Of a DNA stretch of 40,196 nucleotides, positions 20,001-28,953 are shown piece by piece (position 1 is the first letter of the stretch; every line of letters starts with the position of its first letter). The notes under the pieces are model-generated. The model was not told where the DNA came from, ran no database searches, and was given only the letters and a program-made list of their open reading frames with translations. The position numbers were made by a program, and so were the translations under genes. The stretch comes from a virus (taxonomy: Duplodnaviria; Caudoviricetes), in IMG/VR virus record IMGVR_UViG_3300030207_002263, positions 1-40,196 of that record. The stretch is one strand, 5' to 3'.

Positions 20001-23000
20001 TTAATCAGATATTCCTAGGAATAAACGAAATATTAGGCAAAAAGTCTTTAAGCGATGCTGAGGTAGAGGCTGAGGTGCTTAGTGTCTTGGATCACGAGAT
20101 GATTCACGCGATGCGTCAATTGGATCTGTTCACGACTAAAGAGTGGTCTCTCCTAAGTAACGCAGCCATAAACAAAGAGAAAGAAAATAATCAAACATAT
20201 CTCGATTGGGCTATAAAAAACTACGGAAACTTAACCACTGATCAGCAAGTAGAAGAAGCTGTTGCAGAGCTTGTAAGAGATGCTGTAGCAAACCCGAAGG
20301 TACTGCAAGGAAAGCCACGATCACTTGTTACGCGAGTTGTTGAGTTCTTTAGAAATCTTGTTTCTTCATTGCGTAAAGAAGGGTTTACTAGCGCAGAAGA
20401 CATAGTAAACGCTATAACTTCTGGACGGATAGGGGCCAGAGAAAGAATACAAAGAACAGAAAGAGAAACAAGAAGAAGAATATTCCGTGATGTCAAAGCA
20501 TCAGAAGGAAGAGGGAAGACAAAGGTTGCGTTAGGGCCTGAAGCAAAAACTCTTGCCGAAGAAGTAGGCGCTGGTCAGCAGATACCAGACTTTGTTGAGT
20601 CAGATATTGCTCAAGACGCAGAAGAGGTCTATACGGCAGATGTCGTAAACTTTAGCCGCAAATCAAAGCCAATGAGAGAGCCTGACAACGTAGTAAAGGC
20701 ATACAAACTATTTACTTACAAAGACGGACAGATTTATCCGCTGTTTGTTGAAGGCGCTACCCCGATCCCGGTTGGTGAGTGGATAAAGGCAACAGATCCA
20801 AGGACGGAAGGAGCTAAAGGTTTTTTCATGGGAGCAAATGGAAAACCTTATGTAAAAGCAACAACAGGCGGTAGGGTAAATGTAGAGCCAGAAGAGGCTC
20901 AAAGGCTGTTTGATCTTGGGGTTATTAAAAGCCCAGATGTCAAAGCAATACAGGGCGTAGCTTTCAGGCCGGGATTTCATTCGGGCGACCTACCTATTGC
21001 CCCACACATAGGTGGCAAGACCAGAAAAAATCTTTCTAAGCCAGATTTTAGAAAAGACGATCAAGTGTGGGCAGAGATAGAGGTTCCAGCGGATGTTGAT
21101 TGGCAATCTGTAGCGAATGCAAACGCTAGAGCAAAGAAAGATGGGACAATCGATGTATCAACGGCAGACATAACTGATCAAATGCCAGAGAACGGTTACT
21201 ACCGTTACAAAACCAACCCGAACATGTTTGAAAATTGGATGATTAGTGGCGGTATCAAGGTCACTAAAATCCTCACAGACAAAGAATCTAGAGCGATATC
21301 TGCAAAAGCCGGTGTATCTGATTTGCCCAGGCGGGAGGGTTATGTAGACCCAATCGATGTTGGCGGGTTAATGCTATCAAAACGGCCCCTAGAAGAGATG
21401 GGTAAAGCAGAAAGCATGGGTATGACCAACACTGACATCATGCCGACAGAAGAAGATGTCGAGGCGATGAAGAACAACACCTACAAGCCAGAGCGAAAGA
21501 GGACGCTTGTAGAAGCTGCAACATTCCTACAAGAGAAGTGGGAGAGAGCCACAGGAAGAACGACTCCATTTGAGTACACAGAAGAAAACATATCGATAAT
21601 ATCAGACATGCTTGCAACAGAGGCTTTGTCTGCCCTCGATAGGGATGGTAATGCTATTGGTTGGTACGACAGAAAGATCAAGTCTGCCAAAGATATCATG
21701 CGCTTGGTAGATCCAAGGATAATGAAGTCAAAAGAAAACGAGGCTCTGTTTGACTTCTTGCTTGCTGTGACCTCTAACGGACAGGCTGTTGTAGATAACT
21801 TCAAGATTGCTAACGATTTGTTTAGCTCTTACATGAAGAACAAAAAGCTGCCAGAGACAAAGGCTCAGTTCGATCTTGGTGGTGAGCGTAACGAAGCAAT
21901 GCTACAGGCTTTTAAGTTTTACAACGCTTACGAAAACCTAAGAAAAACATCAAATCAGTTCGATCAGCCAATATATGAGTTCCTTGATCAAGATGTAAAG
22001 GTCAGAGATTTGAGGGAGGTTGCTGAAGAGTTCAACAGACTGGCTGGCTATGAAGCAATGGTCATACCATCTGCTGAGGGCGCGAATGTAGATGTAAAAG
22101 TCAGCTATATACTAGGGCCTAAGATAGGCCAAGGGTTCTACCAAAACATCAGGGGGAACTACGATCCTCTTACGATGGACATCTGGTGGATGAGGATGTG
22201 GAACAGAGCTGTTGGAAGGCCCTTTGAGACAGCAAAAGAGCTGCAACCAAGAAGAGATGAGCTTGCTAATCTATTTAAAAAGGTTGGCGGTCTGCCGAAG
22301 AAGCTAATCAAAGAGGTTGAAGCAGGTTATCCCCAGACCATTCAAGAGATAACAGAAGACCCGGATCTTATGGATTCTTTTATCAGGGATGTAGAAAAGA
22401 GATACCAGAAGTTTTACAAGGAATACAAACAGAAGAACGGGGTAAATCATCAAAAGCCTGATGTATTTAAGAAAACAGGCACATTTGTAAAGAACCTAAA
22501 GCCTCAGTTGCAAGCCACACCAAAGGGTGTAGAAGAAAGGGCTTACATGCGAGAGGTCGTTAAGGCTACCCAGCAAAGGTTGAAGGAAAGAAACTACGAT
22601 ATTAGTACGGCAGATTTTCAGGCCCTCATGTGGTATCCTGAGAAGCAGTTGTTCCGAGCCTTGGGTGTACAGCCTGGAAGAGGATCTGATAACGACTATC
22701 TAGATGCAGCAGTGATACTTGCTGAAAGCAAAGGAGTTCCAAGTGGCAAAATTGAAAAAGCACTCAGGGAGTCAGAGAGAAGAAGGGGCGCTAGTGACCC
22801 AAGTCCCAGAGGGGCAGATGGAGAGCTTCGTGAAGCTCCTCCAAGAAAAACTACAAAGCAGACCGGCGAAGCCTTCACGCTCCCAGCAACCAAGCTAAAA
22901 CCAAAGAAGATACCTGAGGGAGTAGCAGAGAAGGTAGCAGAAGAAAACCTAGAGAAAGCAGAAACTGCACCTGTTGGTGATGTTCCTCTAGTAAATCCAA

Positions 23001-25723
23001 AGTCATCCGCATACTCACAAGCAGTTGCAAAAGACCCAAGCAAGGGTCAGAAACTAGATCCCGGCGATGATGCCTTGTTCTCTAGAGGCAACGGCCCGGA
23101 TATAAACCCGGCACAACAAGCCGCAATAAACAGGGTTTCTCAGGAGATACCCACTGACACACCGGGGCAGACATATCTTAACGTCCTCAATCAGGGTTCG
23201 TTCAATAAAAAGTTCACACAACTTAAACAAAAAGCAGTCAATAGATACGCTCAGGTAGAGAACTATGAAAAGAAAGGGGCGTTAGGCCCTAGACTTGCAG
23301 ACTCTTCTGCTCTTGCCGCCCTGTTATTTGCTGACAGATCAAACGCTATTACAGCGTCTGCATTACAATACGGTGTGCCTGTCTACAAAAACGGACTAGT
23401 CAAGGTGGTAGACTTTGAGCACAGGAACGATAGGGGCGAAGTAAAACAGTACAATGGACTAATAGATTTGATGTCCATGCTGTACACGAAAGAGCATGGA
23501 TCTCTTGAGCAGATAGCGCAGTCATATGCCATAGCGAAGAGAGCCGAAAGGTTAAAGGCAAGAGGATTGCAAGTTCCCGGCTCAGATGCGGATCACGCAC
23601 AGAATATCAAAACAGCAGAGTCATTCTTAGACGCAGACGGTAACTCTATAATCAAGGACTGGTATAACGCATGGCAAGCCTATAACTCTTATACCATCAA
23701 GTTCCTCAAAGACACCGGGATGTTAAACGAGCAGACGGCAGAAGCTTGGAGGTTACAGTCTGACTACATACCTTTTTACAGGCAGCTAGAGGGTTCTGCC
23801 TTTCCTAATGTTCCAAATGTGTTTGGTGGCTTAACATCAAGCAGTGAACTCAAGGCTATCAGGGGCAGCGAGAAGGCCCTTAACGTTCCCATGCTGGAAG
23901 CCATAACGCTGAATCTGAACGCAGCTATAACGATGGGTATGAAGAACGTTGCCCAGCAAAGGCTAATAAGAGATATGAATAGCATTGGCCTAGCTAGAGA
24001 GGTTGGCAAAGGAGAGAAAACAGCAGGTCAAAATGTTGTGTCTTTTAAGGTTAGAGGAAAGAAAAGAAACTTCTATGTTGATGATCCGCTTGTGTACGAG
24101 TCATTAACTATTGAGCCAGCATCAGGTGTCGAGAGAACTCTAACAAACATCTTTGGAGCGCCAGCAAGATTTTTAAGAGAGATGGTTACCAGAGAGCCTG
24201 GGTTTGTCATAGCTAATATGCTTAGAGACTCCCTCTCTGCATTTACCACATCGGGTGCAAACTTTATCCCCATCGTAGATACGTTAAGAGGTTTCCTCAG
24301 CGGGATGGAGAAGCTGGAGAAAACTGGTGTTGTTGGTGGGTATGATTACAAGAATGACCCACAGAATATTGGTGAATTTGCAGGGAAGATATTAGGACAA
24401 AGAAACAAAAACATAGGATCAAACAATTACTTTGTTGACGGTGTTAAGAAGCTTTGGGATATCACCGGACATGCATCGACGCTGTCTGATGCGGCAACAA
24501 GAAACGCAGTATATGAAGACGTATTAGCAAGAACAGGGAACGAAGCAGAAGCAACATTCCAAGCGATGGAGGTGCTGAACTTTGGCAGAAGGGGAAGTAA
24601 CCCTGTGATGAGAGTCATAGCTGCAACAGTGCCGTTCTTGAATGCCAGAATACAGGGATTGGATGTATTAGCCAGAGCTGCCGCTGGCACTAACTCAGCT
24701 AATCGAGATCTATCTAGAGGCAAGGTCGCTGCTTCATTCCTAGCCAGAGGCGGGATACTGGCCGCATTGACCATGTATTACTACACGATGGTCAGTGATG
24801 ATGAGCAATACGAAGAGCAAACAGAAGAGGTAAAAGATAACTATTGGATAATCCCCAGAGAATCTGGAATACCAGCAAAGATACCGATCCCTTTCGAGGT
24901 GGGCCTGATATTTAAAACCATACCAGAGCGTATAATGGATGCTTACAACAAAGGAACCACTGCCAGGGAAGCGCAGCAGTCAGCCATGAGAGCTATTACC
25001 GGGACGCTTGCAGTGCAACCGCCTCAGGCCATAACACCTTTGCTTGAAGCTTACACAAACTACGATCTGTACAGGGGGAGGCCTGTAACTCCTGTCTACA
25101 TAGACTCAAGAGGAGAAGAAGGCCTACAACAGCTAGCCAGCACAACAGAGATAGCCAAGGCAATTGGCGCTAAGACGGGTATGAGTCCGATCAAGATCGA
25201 TCATTTGATACAGGGATATACAGGAACTATTGGTGGTTATGTTCTGTCTGAAGCTGACAGATTGTTAAGAAGCACAACAATACAGGGAGACAACAGAAAT
25301 GTGCTGCCAGCAAGAGATGCTACCCAGTACCCAATAGCAAGAAGATTCTTTGGCTCAGAGTTTGGTGGTGGTGTTAAAGAAGATTTCTATGAGATGTATG
25401 ACTATGTCAGGAGGCTGGATGAGTCAGTTAAGTCTCTTTATGAGGCTGGTAGAGGTGACGAGGTTGATGCTTTCATACTTGGCAGAGAAGAGCTGGTTGG
25501 TGGATCAAAGGCTCTCAGGAAAGTTTCAGACAGGCTAGCTAAGATCAGAAGAATGAGAAGAAAGGTTCTCGAATCTGATATGAGCGCAGAAGAGAAGCAA
25601 GAATATATTAGAGAGCTAAACATCAACGAAAGGTATGTTTTAGAAGTTGTTCCCGAACTGCAAAAAATGTTCAAGATACCAACGTATACAGAGGATATAT
25701 CAAGAAGACTGTTTGGTGGGTGA
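17045..25723 (+). CDS. Large polyvalent virion protein (2892 aa): zincin HExxH peptidase, two further inserted domains, LPD38-like C-terminus
   Basis: HEMIH at 20093-20107; C-terminal 'LNFGRRG...VPFLNARIQG...KDNYWIIP...IPIPFE.G.IFK..PER...SP.KIDHLIQGYTG'. Confidence 0.8.
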   Translation: MNVTLPNGLVIENVPENITQYDLAKTLVDNGVATYSDLGLDPYESQRTISGQAFETAKGVGRGFANAFLTAGEGLAELADAATDFVGAEDLIDSGEDNALVKAAREGRAAVDEAMGADTAYRDTWATKFGEGLGSFASFFTPAGAIKLLGMAGKGATALKATGMGSLAAGTGAGEAAQRIEAARDRGIEVTDDQENLAVLGGTVVGFSELITPSRLLKRISGKGDKLPSGIKERLSSALRSGTEEGLQEVSASIAQDAIQKNVYDPNFEIAGGNLFEEFTIGGAIGAGADLVLNAAAGRRNNAASASAFESEKKIREQQDQAIKDREKILSQDLEIQKTLDAEQRLQAEANRESNRVLAEQSKQIDPSQIDQPVGRKITPSIRTGSRYVSMVDTTDGTTFQAEERVRVRNKGKPNETTTTFVNVPDKGEVITSVNGQAVPAAQSGFQVITAVEPSESILSSSPQDRMLAYAQHISRTMGDSFPSGNNMFTVKLPQDYGGKQVDATTLKDGAPVFLVEDSKGNRYGKPLQTSEEAFALAGHLNTQIINNNVYAGGDAAIKTSGQSYNESQINSLQRYNFAANHPDSNTYSAPAIDGAAETTQDRGFDELANIKDLIAEGVSPRNMTASQRINAKRMRKGLPPTKTFTIQEVKSVLNDQQLYNLTDTRLNGLPETETYKAGLSKNGNPVVYSSAGETLQGRPLTTLEKDAAIKKNPKKKPPKIVRFKTQADAIAYSNQLNNTTNRSAVNKGVMRNVNADLKGLQQLLKSKNITSEVGSPEIRYLAKQITGSPKPLSSQTEANQRLFYQKIRSLPRFDRPTKLPLFKEKKYTGAQFRAALSRYQKTNDIDNASIVAGIAPESAAGKELKQDLKNQTIDPVVKETVTEEIAVDTAAPLALPPPRKLEDLRKSIKERMARYGLKDVAVNLDNALNTAVRGADGQLYYGIRPVRDGDAESILVGGSRGSGRFAFATDIDPEGRAEGYYSPSLNQIFLGINEILGKKSLSDAEVEAEVLSVLDHEMIHAMRQLDLFTTKEWSLLSNAAINKEKENNQTYLDWAIKNYGNLTTDQQVEEAVAELVRDAVANPKVLQGKPRSLVTRVVEFFRNLVSSLRKEGFTSAEDIVNAITSGRIGARERIQRTERETRRRIFRDVKASEGRGKTKVALGPEAKTLAEEVGAGQQIPDFVESDIAQDAEEVYTADVVNFSRKSKPMREPDNVVKAYKLFTYKDGQIYPLFVEGATPIPVGEWIKATDPRTEGAKGFFMGANGKPYVKATTGGRVNVEPEEAQRLFDLGVIKSPDVKAIQGVAFRPGFHSGDLPIAPHIGGKTRKNLSKPDFRKDDQVWAEIEVPADVDWQSVANANARAKKDGTIDVSTADITDQMPENGYYRYKTNPNMFENWMISGGIKVTKILTDKESRAISAKAGVSDLPRREGYVDPIDVGGLMLSKRPLEEMGKAESMGMTNTDIMPTEEDVEAMKNNTYKPERKRTLVEAATFLQEKWERATGRTTPFEYTEENISIISDMLATEALSALDRDGNAIGWYDRKIKSAKDIMRLVDPRIMKSKENEALFDFLLAVTSNGQAVVDNFKIANDLFSSYMKNKKLPETKAQFDLGGERNEAMLQAFKFYNAYENLRKTSNQFDQPIYEFLDQDVKVRDLREVAEEFNRLAGYEAMVIPSAEGANVDVKVSYILGPKIGQGFYQNIRGNYDPLTMDIWWMRMWNRAVGRPFETAKELQPRRDELANLFKKVGGLPKKLIKEVEAGYPQTIQEITEDPDLMDSFIRDVEKRYQKFYKEYKQKNGVNHQKPDVFKKTGTFVKNLKPQLQATPKGVEERAYMREVVKATQQRLKERNYDISTADFQALMWYPEKQLFRALGVQPGRGSDNDYLDAAVILAESKGVPSGKIEKALRESERRRGASDPSPRGADGELREAPPRKTTKQTGEAFTLPATKLKPKKIPEGVAEKVAEENLEKAETAPVGDVPLVNPKSSAYSQAVAKDPSKGQKLDPGDDALFSRGNGPDINPAQQAAINRVSQEIPTDTPGQTYLNVLNQGSFNKKFTQLKQKAVNRYAQVENYEKKGALGPRLADSSALAALLFADRSNAITASALQYGVPVYKNGLVKVVDFEHRNDRGEVKQYNGLIDLMSMLYTKEHGSLEQIAQSYAIAKRAERLKARGLQVPGSDADHAQNIKTAESFLDADGNSIIKDWYNAWQAYNSYTIKFLKDTGMLNEQTAEAWRLQSDYIPFYRQLEGSAFPNVPNVFGGLTSSSELKAIRGSEKALNVPMLEAITLNLNAAITMGMKNVAQQRLIRDMNSIGLAREVGKGEKTAGQNVVSFKVRGKKRNFYVDDPLVYESLTIEPASGVERTLTNIFGAPARFLREMVTREPGFVIANMLRDSLSAFTTSGANFIPIVDTLRGFLSGMEKLEKTGVVGGYDYKNDPQNIGEFAGKILGQRNKNIGSNNYFVDGVKKLWDITGHASTLSDAATRNAVYEDVLARTGNEAEATFQAMEVLNFGRRGSNPVMRVIAATVPFLNARIQGLDVLARAAAGTNSANRDLSRGKVAASFLARGGILAALTMYYYTMVSDDEQYEEQTEEVKDNYWIIPRESGIPAKIPIPFEVGLIFKTIPERIMDAYNKGTTAREAQQSAMRAITGTLAVQPPQAITPLLEAYTNYDLYRGRPVTPVYIDSRGEEGLQQLASTTEIAKAIGAKTGMSPIKIDHLIQGYTGTIGGYVLSEADRLLRSTTIQGDNRNVLPARDATQYPIARRFFGSEFGGGVKEDFYEMYDYVRRLDESVKSLYEAGRGDEVDAFILGREELVGGSKALRKVSDRLAKIRRMRRKVLESDMSAEEKQEYIRELNINERYVLEVVPELQKMFKIPTYTEDISRRLFGG

Positions 25724-25960
25724 CTCCGGTTTTTCCTTCAATGTCATTCTGCCAGCCGACATAAACTCTAACTGGTCTCTAATATTGGCTTCTCTCTGAT
25801 TAGTCTTGCGTATGCAGACCCCCTCCAGATTTTGTTTCTCGATGCACTCCAAATAAAAGGGCAGCGTCTGTAAATCTTTCAAACTGACAGCCTGAAATAT
25901 CTTCATATCAGGCTTACCCTTTTCATCGATAAAACTAATCATTATTTCCATGTTCTTCAT
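25700..25960 (-). CDS. Hypothetical protein (MKNMEIMISF...)
   Basis: Start reassigned to ATG 25960 with AGGGGAG SD; overlaps the convergent large gene by 24 nt. Confidence 0.6.
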   Translation of the reverse strand: MKNMEIMISFIDEKGKPDMKIFQAVSLKDLQTLPFYLECIEKQNLEGVCIRKTNQREANIRDQLEFMSAGRMTLKEKPESPTKQSS

Positions 25961-25976
25961 AGTAACTCCCCTAAAA

Positions 25977-26058
25977 CCCCGCCTTTGACCACACGGACGG
26001 GAACGTGCTACTGATATGATCCTGTGACAGACCAGAGCCACAAGATCACCTGGTCAAA
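25977..26058 (-). ncRNA. Candidate structured RNA: three-way junction with pseudoknot
   Basis: Minus strand: P1 UUUGACCA/UGGUCAAA; P2 UGAUCUUGUGGC/GUCACAGGAUCA (two G-U pairs); P3 CACG/CGUG with loop UUCCCGUC complementary to the downstream GGCGGG. Confidence 0.6.
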
Positions 26059-26334
26059 CTTGCGGTAGTTGATGCAGTTGGTTGCCGAAAAAACTCTGCG
26101 TGGAACAACGCTTCACCACACCTTATCTTTAATTTGCAGCGCCAAACCCTACTAACTCAGTTTAAACACTGCTGGAGGCCTCTGACGCTACCGCTCACCA
26201 GAGGTTCTTAACTCCACGCTCTTGCCAGCTTCGACCGGACCCGGCTGGCGCAGGTTGTGTCAGCGATGTAAGTCGCCCCGGTCTCCTGCTTCTAGGCGAG
26301 GCCAGCAGGAAGCCCTTGGAAGGAGAAATGTGAG

Positions 26335-26688
26335 TTAACTCCCCGCCTGTTCGTAGTAATCTGGCCCAAGCTCTTCCATATTGGTTGCGCTTTGATGCTC
26401 AGACACCTGTTCTCTCGTTCTAAAGAATCCATCATACTGCGGAAACTTTTTCATAAAAGCTCTCGAATAGAAAGCCCTGTAGTTATTGTTTAGTTTGAAG
26501 CTCACAACTCCATCACCGCCAGTGTCCTTCTCCCAACGAATCCTCTCAAAGATCGCATTCACTGAGTAATTGTTAAATCCTAGGTCTATCTTCTCCTTCG
26601 TAAACTTAACAAATAGATACCACACATCAGGATGATTCTCGTGAAACAACTTTACTTGTTCACGCATTTCCTCTTTGCGACTTTGCAT
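26335..26688 (-). CDS. Hypothetical phage protein
   Basis: 'FHENHPDVW...AIFERIRW...FKLNNNYRAFYSR'; TAATG coupling, GGAG SD. Confidence 0.75.
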   Translation of the reverse strand: MQSRKEEMREQVKLFHENHPDVWYLFVKFTKEKIDLGFNNYSVNAIFERIRWEKDTGGDGVVSFKLNNNYRAFYSRAFMKKFPQYDGFFRTREQVSEHQSATNMEELGPDYYEQAGS

Positions 26689-27101
26689 TATTGTTGCTCC
26701 TGCGCTGCCGGTACAATAAACCCCATTTCTGCTGCGGTCATAACCAGAGTGTCTATCAGCTCTGAGTAATTACTGCGGCTGGTATCTCCGCTGCGCTTGA
26801 GAGGTCTACGCCTTATCCCAAATTTAGTTAATCTTTCCTCACTGCCAAACGCCTTACACAAAAGCTCTTCATGCAGCTCGTCTGGAGTCATACCGCAAAA
26901 CTTAGCAAACTCACCAGCCCACTTGCGGTAATACCTTTCCTGGTTGTTAGTTCTATGCTTCTTCATGGGGCCAAGCTCTATTGCAAGACCCCCGTCACAC
27001 GTTAGAAGAGTATCCAGAACCTCCTGAGTCCGGGCGGGGCAGATGGAGCACAACACTCCAATCAGTTCCCCGATCTTAGATTTCTCTACCTCTATCCTCA
27101 A
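26688..27101 (-). CDS. NinB/Orf-like recombination accessory protein
   Basis: 'RTNNQERYY...G.TPDELHE.L...YSELID' pattern; recombination-module context. Confidence 0.55.
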   Translation of the reverse strand: MRIEVEKSKIGELIGVLCSICPARTQEVLDTLLTCDGGLAIELGPMKKHRTNNQERYYRKWAGEFAKFCGMTPDELHEELLCKAFGSEERLTKFGIRRRPLKRSGDTSRSNYSELIDTLVMTAAEMGFIVPAAQEQQ

Positions 27102-27442
27102 AACGGTATGTCATCCTCGAACTCGTCCTTCTCCTCAGGCTGTAACACCTCAGAAGTAGTGAGGTTTTCTGGCTTGGGTATATACACCTCACCGCTTAAA
27201 GAAATAAATTTCTTACCATTCTTATCCACGTTGTTCCAGCCAGATAGATCAATCCTAATCTCAAAGTCGTAATCAGGATTCTCTTTCTTCTGTCTTGCTA
27301 GGAACAACAAAGCTTGAAGCTGTTCCCTGCTTATCTTGAGGTTGCCCCGTAGATCAGGTTGATCATTTTTTTTCTTGAACTTATTTGCTCCAAGGTAGCC
27401 CTTATCCTTAGGGCCGTAGTCACCGAAATTAAAATCAGCCAT
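27098..27442 (-). CDS. Single-stranded DNA-binding protein-like
   Basis: 'KKNDQPDLRG...LSGW...GKKFISLS' and acidic tail EFEDDIPF; adjacent to the annealase. Confidence 0.65.
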   Translation of the reverse strand: MADFNFGDYGPKDKGYLGANKFKKKNDQPDLRGNLKISREQLQALLFLARQKKENPDYDFEIRIDLSGWNNVDKNGKKFISLSGEVYIPKPENLTTSEVLQPEEKDEFEDDIPF

Positions 27443-28271
27443 TTGCTGCCTCCTTCTTCTTCTGTTGCTCTATGATTTTCTGCGCTGCCAAATCGAACTC
27501 CTCCTGACCATACTTCTTCAGATACTCATTGAAGTATTTATCTTTGGTTGCATCGTCAGAGATCTCGCCCGTGAAAGCATCCTTGAAGTTTATGAAAGCC
27601 TGTCGCTTAGACATGTACGTCTTCAGGCGCTCGTATAAATCAGGGTAGTTGTTGGCGATCTCATCTACCTGTTTCTTATTGTCTGACCAATTCTTTTTGA
27701 GGGTCTTCTTGTCATCCACAAAGTTATCGATAGTTTGTATAAAGGTATCTACAAACTTGGTTGCGTCCTCCTCTGACCAGGCCGGGGCCTCAGCTTTTGG
27801 CTCAGGCTTTTTTGCCTCTGGCTTTTTCACCTCTGGCTTCTTGGCCTCCTGCTTCGGCGCCTCTGGCTGCTCCTCCTCATTGCCGGGGGGTAGATCCTCA
27901 CCTGCATAGATGTAGTGTCCCAGACCGAACATCGCCAAGCACTTCACCAGACAGCGCATCTTGCTGTCACTCACATCCCTGCTGCTTGGATTGGCTATCG
28001 CCTTGTTCTTGTAATCCATAACCGGGAGCCACATCGTTCTCTCTAACGGCCCGTGTTCAGCGGGTATCCTGACTGCCACATGGACGGTCTGGGAACCATC
28101 ACTATGTGATTCCGTCTTCTGGAAGGTGTAGTAGGCATTCGGGAAGTGATCCATGAATATGCCCCATGCCCACGCCCAGCTAAGATAGGTTAACCCGTTC
28201 TTGCTCTCCGTGTGCTCCGTACAGTCTATTTCTTTTAAGGTTGACCAAACCTCTTGGTATGTGTGCTTCAC
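27435..28271 (-). CDS. Sak3/DUF1071-type single-strand annealing protein
   Basis: 'GLTYLSWAWAW', 'WLPVMDYKNKAI', 'MRCLVKCLAMFGLGHYIYAGEDLP'; AGGAG SD before GTG. Confidence 0.85.
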   Translation of the reverse strand: MKHTYQEVWSTLKEIDCTEHTESKNGLTYLSWAWAWGIFMDHFPNAYYTFQKTESHSDGSQTVHVAVRIPAEHGPLERTMWLPVMDYKNKAIANPSSRDVSDSKMRCLVKCLAMFGLGHYIYAGEDLPPGNEEEQPEAPKQEAKKPEVKKPEAKKPEPKAEAPAWSEEDATKFVDTFIQTIDNFVDDKKTLKKNWSDNKKQVDEIANNYPDLYERLKTYMSKRQAFINFKDAFTGEISDDATKDKYFNEYLKKYGQEEFDLAAQKIIEQQKKKEAANG

Positions 28272-28279
28272 GCCTTCTC

Positions 28280-28561
28280 CTAGTTTTGTGAACTGAAAGG
28301 ATTCTTTTTGAATCCCGCAAATTTGTTCCGGTAGTGCCGCTTGGGTATGTCGTAGTTCTTGTGGAGATCATCCTCAAGAATTGTGACAACCTCGATAGGC
28401 TCTAGCTCTTCGTACTGAACCATTGGCATCGCGCTTAGGAATCCCTTCTCCCATACGAAACTGGCTTGACCGAACTTGACCTCCATCTTTAGTCCCGGTA
28501 TCTGCGCTATGGCAAACACGCTCACCATCTTTTCGTAGGTATCTTTATCAGTGCCTAACAT
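28280..28561 (-). CDS. Hypothetical protein
   Basis: GGGAGG SD, operon packing. Confidence 0.7.
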   Translation of the reverse strand: MLGTDKDTYEKMVSVFAIAQIPGLKMEVKFGQASFVWEKGFLSAMPMVQYEELEPIEVVTILEDDLHKNYDIPKRHYRNKFAGFKKNPFSSQN

Positions 28562-28742
28562 GTGTGTATGCCTCCCAGATGTTTAAAGGAGAGAACCTAA
28601 TGTCGAAGTGCTCCTCGCTAAGTCCGACTTCTGCACAGAAGTGCTCACATTCTTCCGTATCCCGGAATAAGCCGTGTGTTGTTATTGAGTCATCTTCCAG
28701 GTTCTCAACCCAAACCACATAGACGCTTGGTCCTTCACTCAT
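28548..28742 (-). CDS. Hypothetical protein
   Basis: GGAGG SD, overlaps both neighbours. Confidence 0.65.
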   Translation of the reverse strand: MSEGPSVYVVWVENLEDDSITTHGLFRDTEECEHFCAEVGLSEEHFDIRFSPLNIWEAYTHVRH

Positions 28743-28953
28743 TTATTTCCTCCACTTTGCTGTTAATGACACCATCTGCATGTAAAAATCTTTCGCACCA
28801 GTTGAGTATTTCGTAGACCCCCTCAGTGACTAACTCTGGTTCCAACGGAGACACCTCCGCTAACAATTGTTTTTTCTTATGGTCATAAACAAATGACACA
28901 TTCAACTCACCATTTTCTGTTTCCAAATTAAGCTCCAGTTTGAAATTGATCAC
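28735..28953 (-). CDS. Hypothetical protein
   Basis: 72-aa ORF filling the gap, overlapping both neighbours. Confidence 0.6.
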   Translation of the reverse strand: MINFKLELNLETENGELNVSFVYDHKKKQLLAEVSPLEPELVTEGVYEILNWCERFLHADGVINSKVEEINE

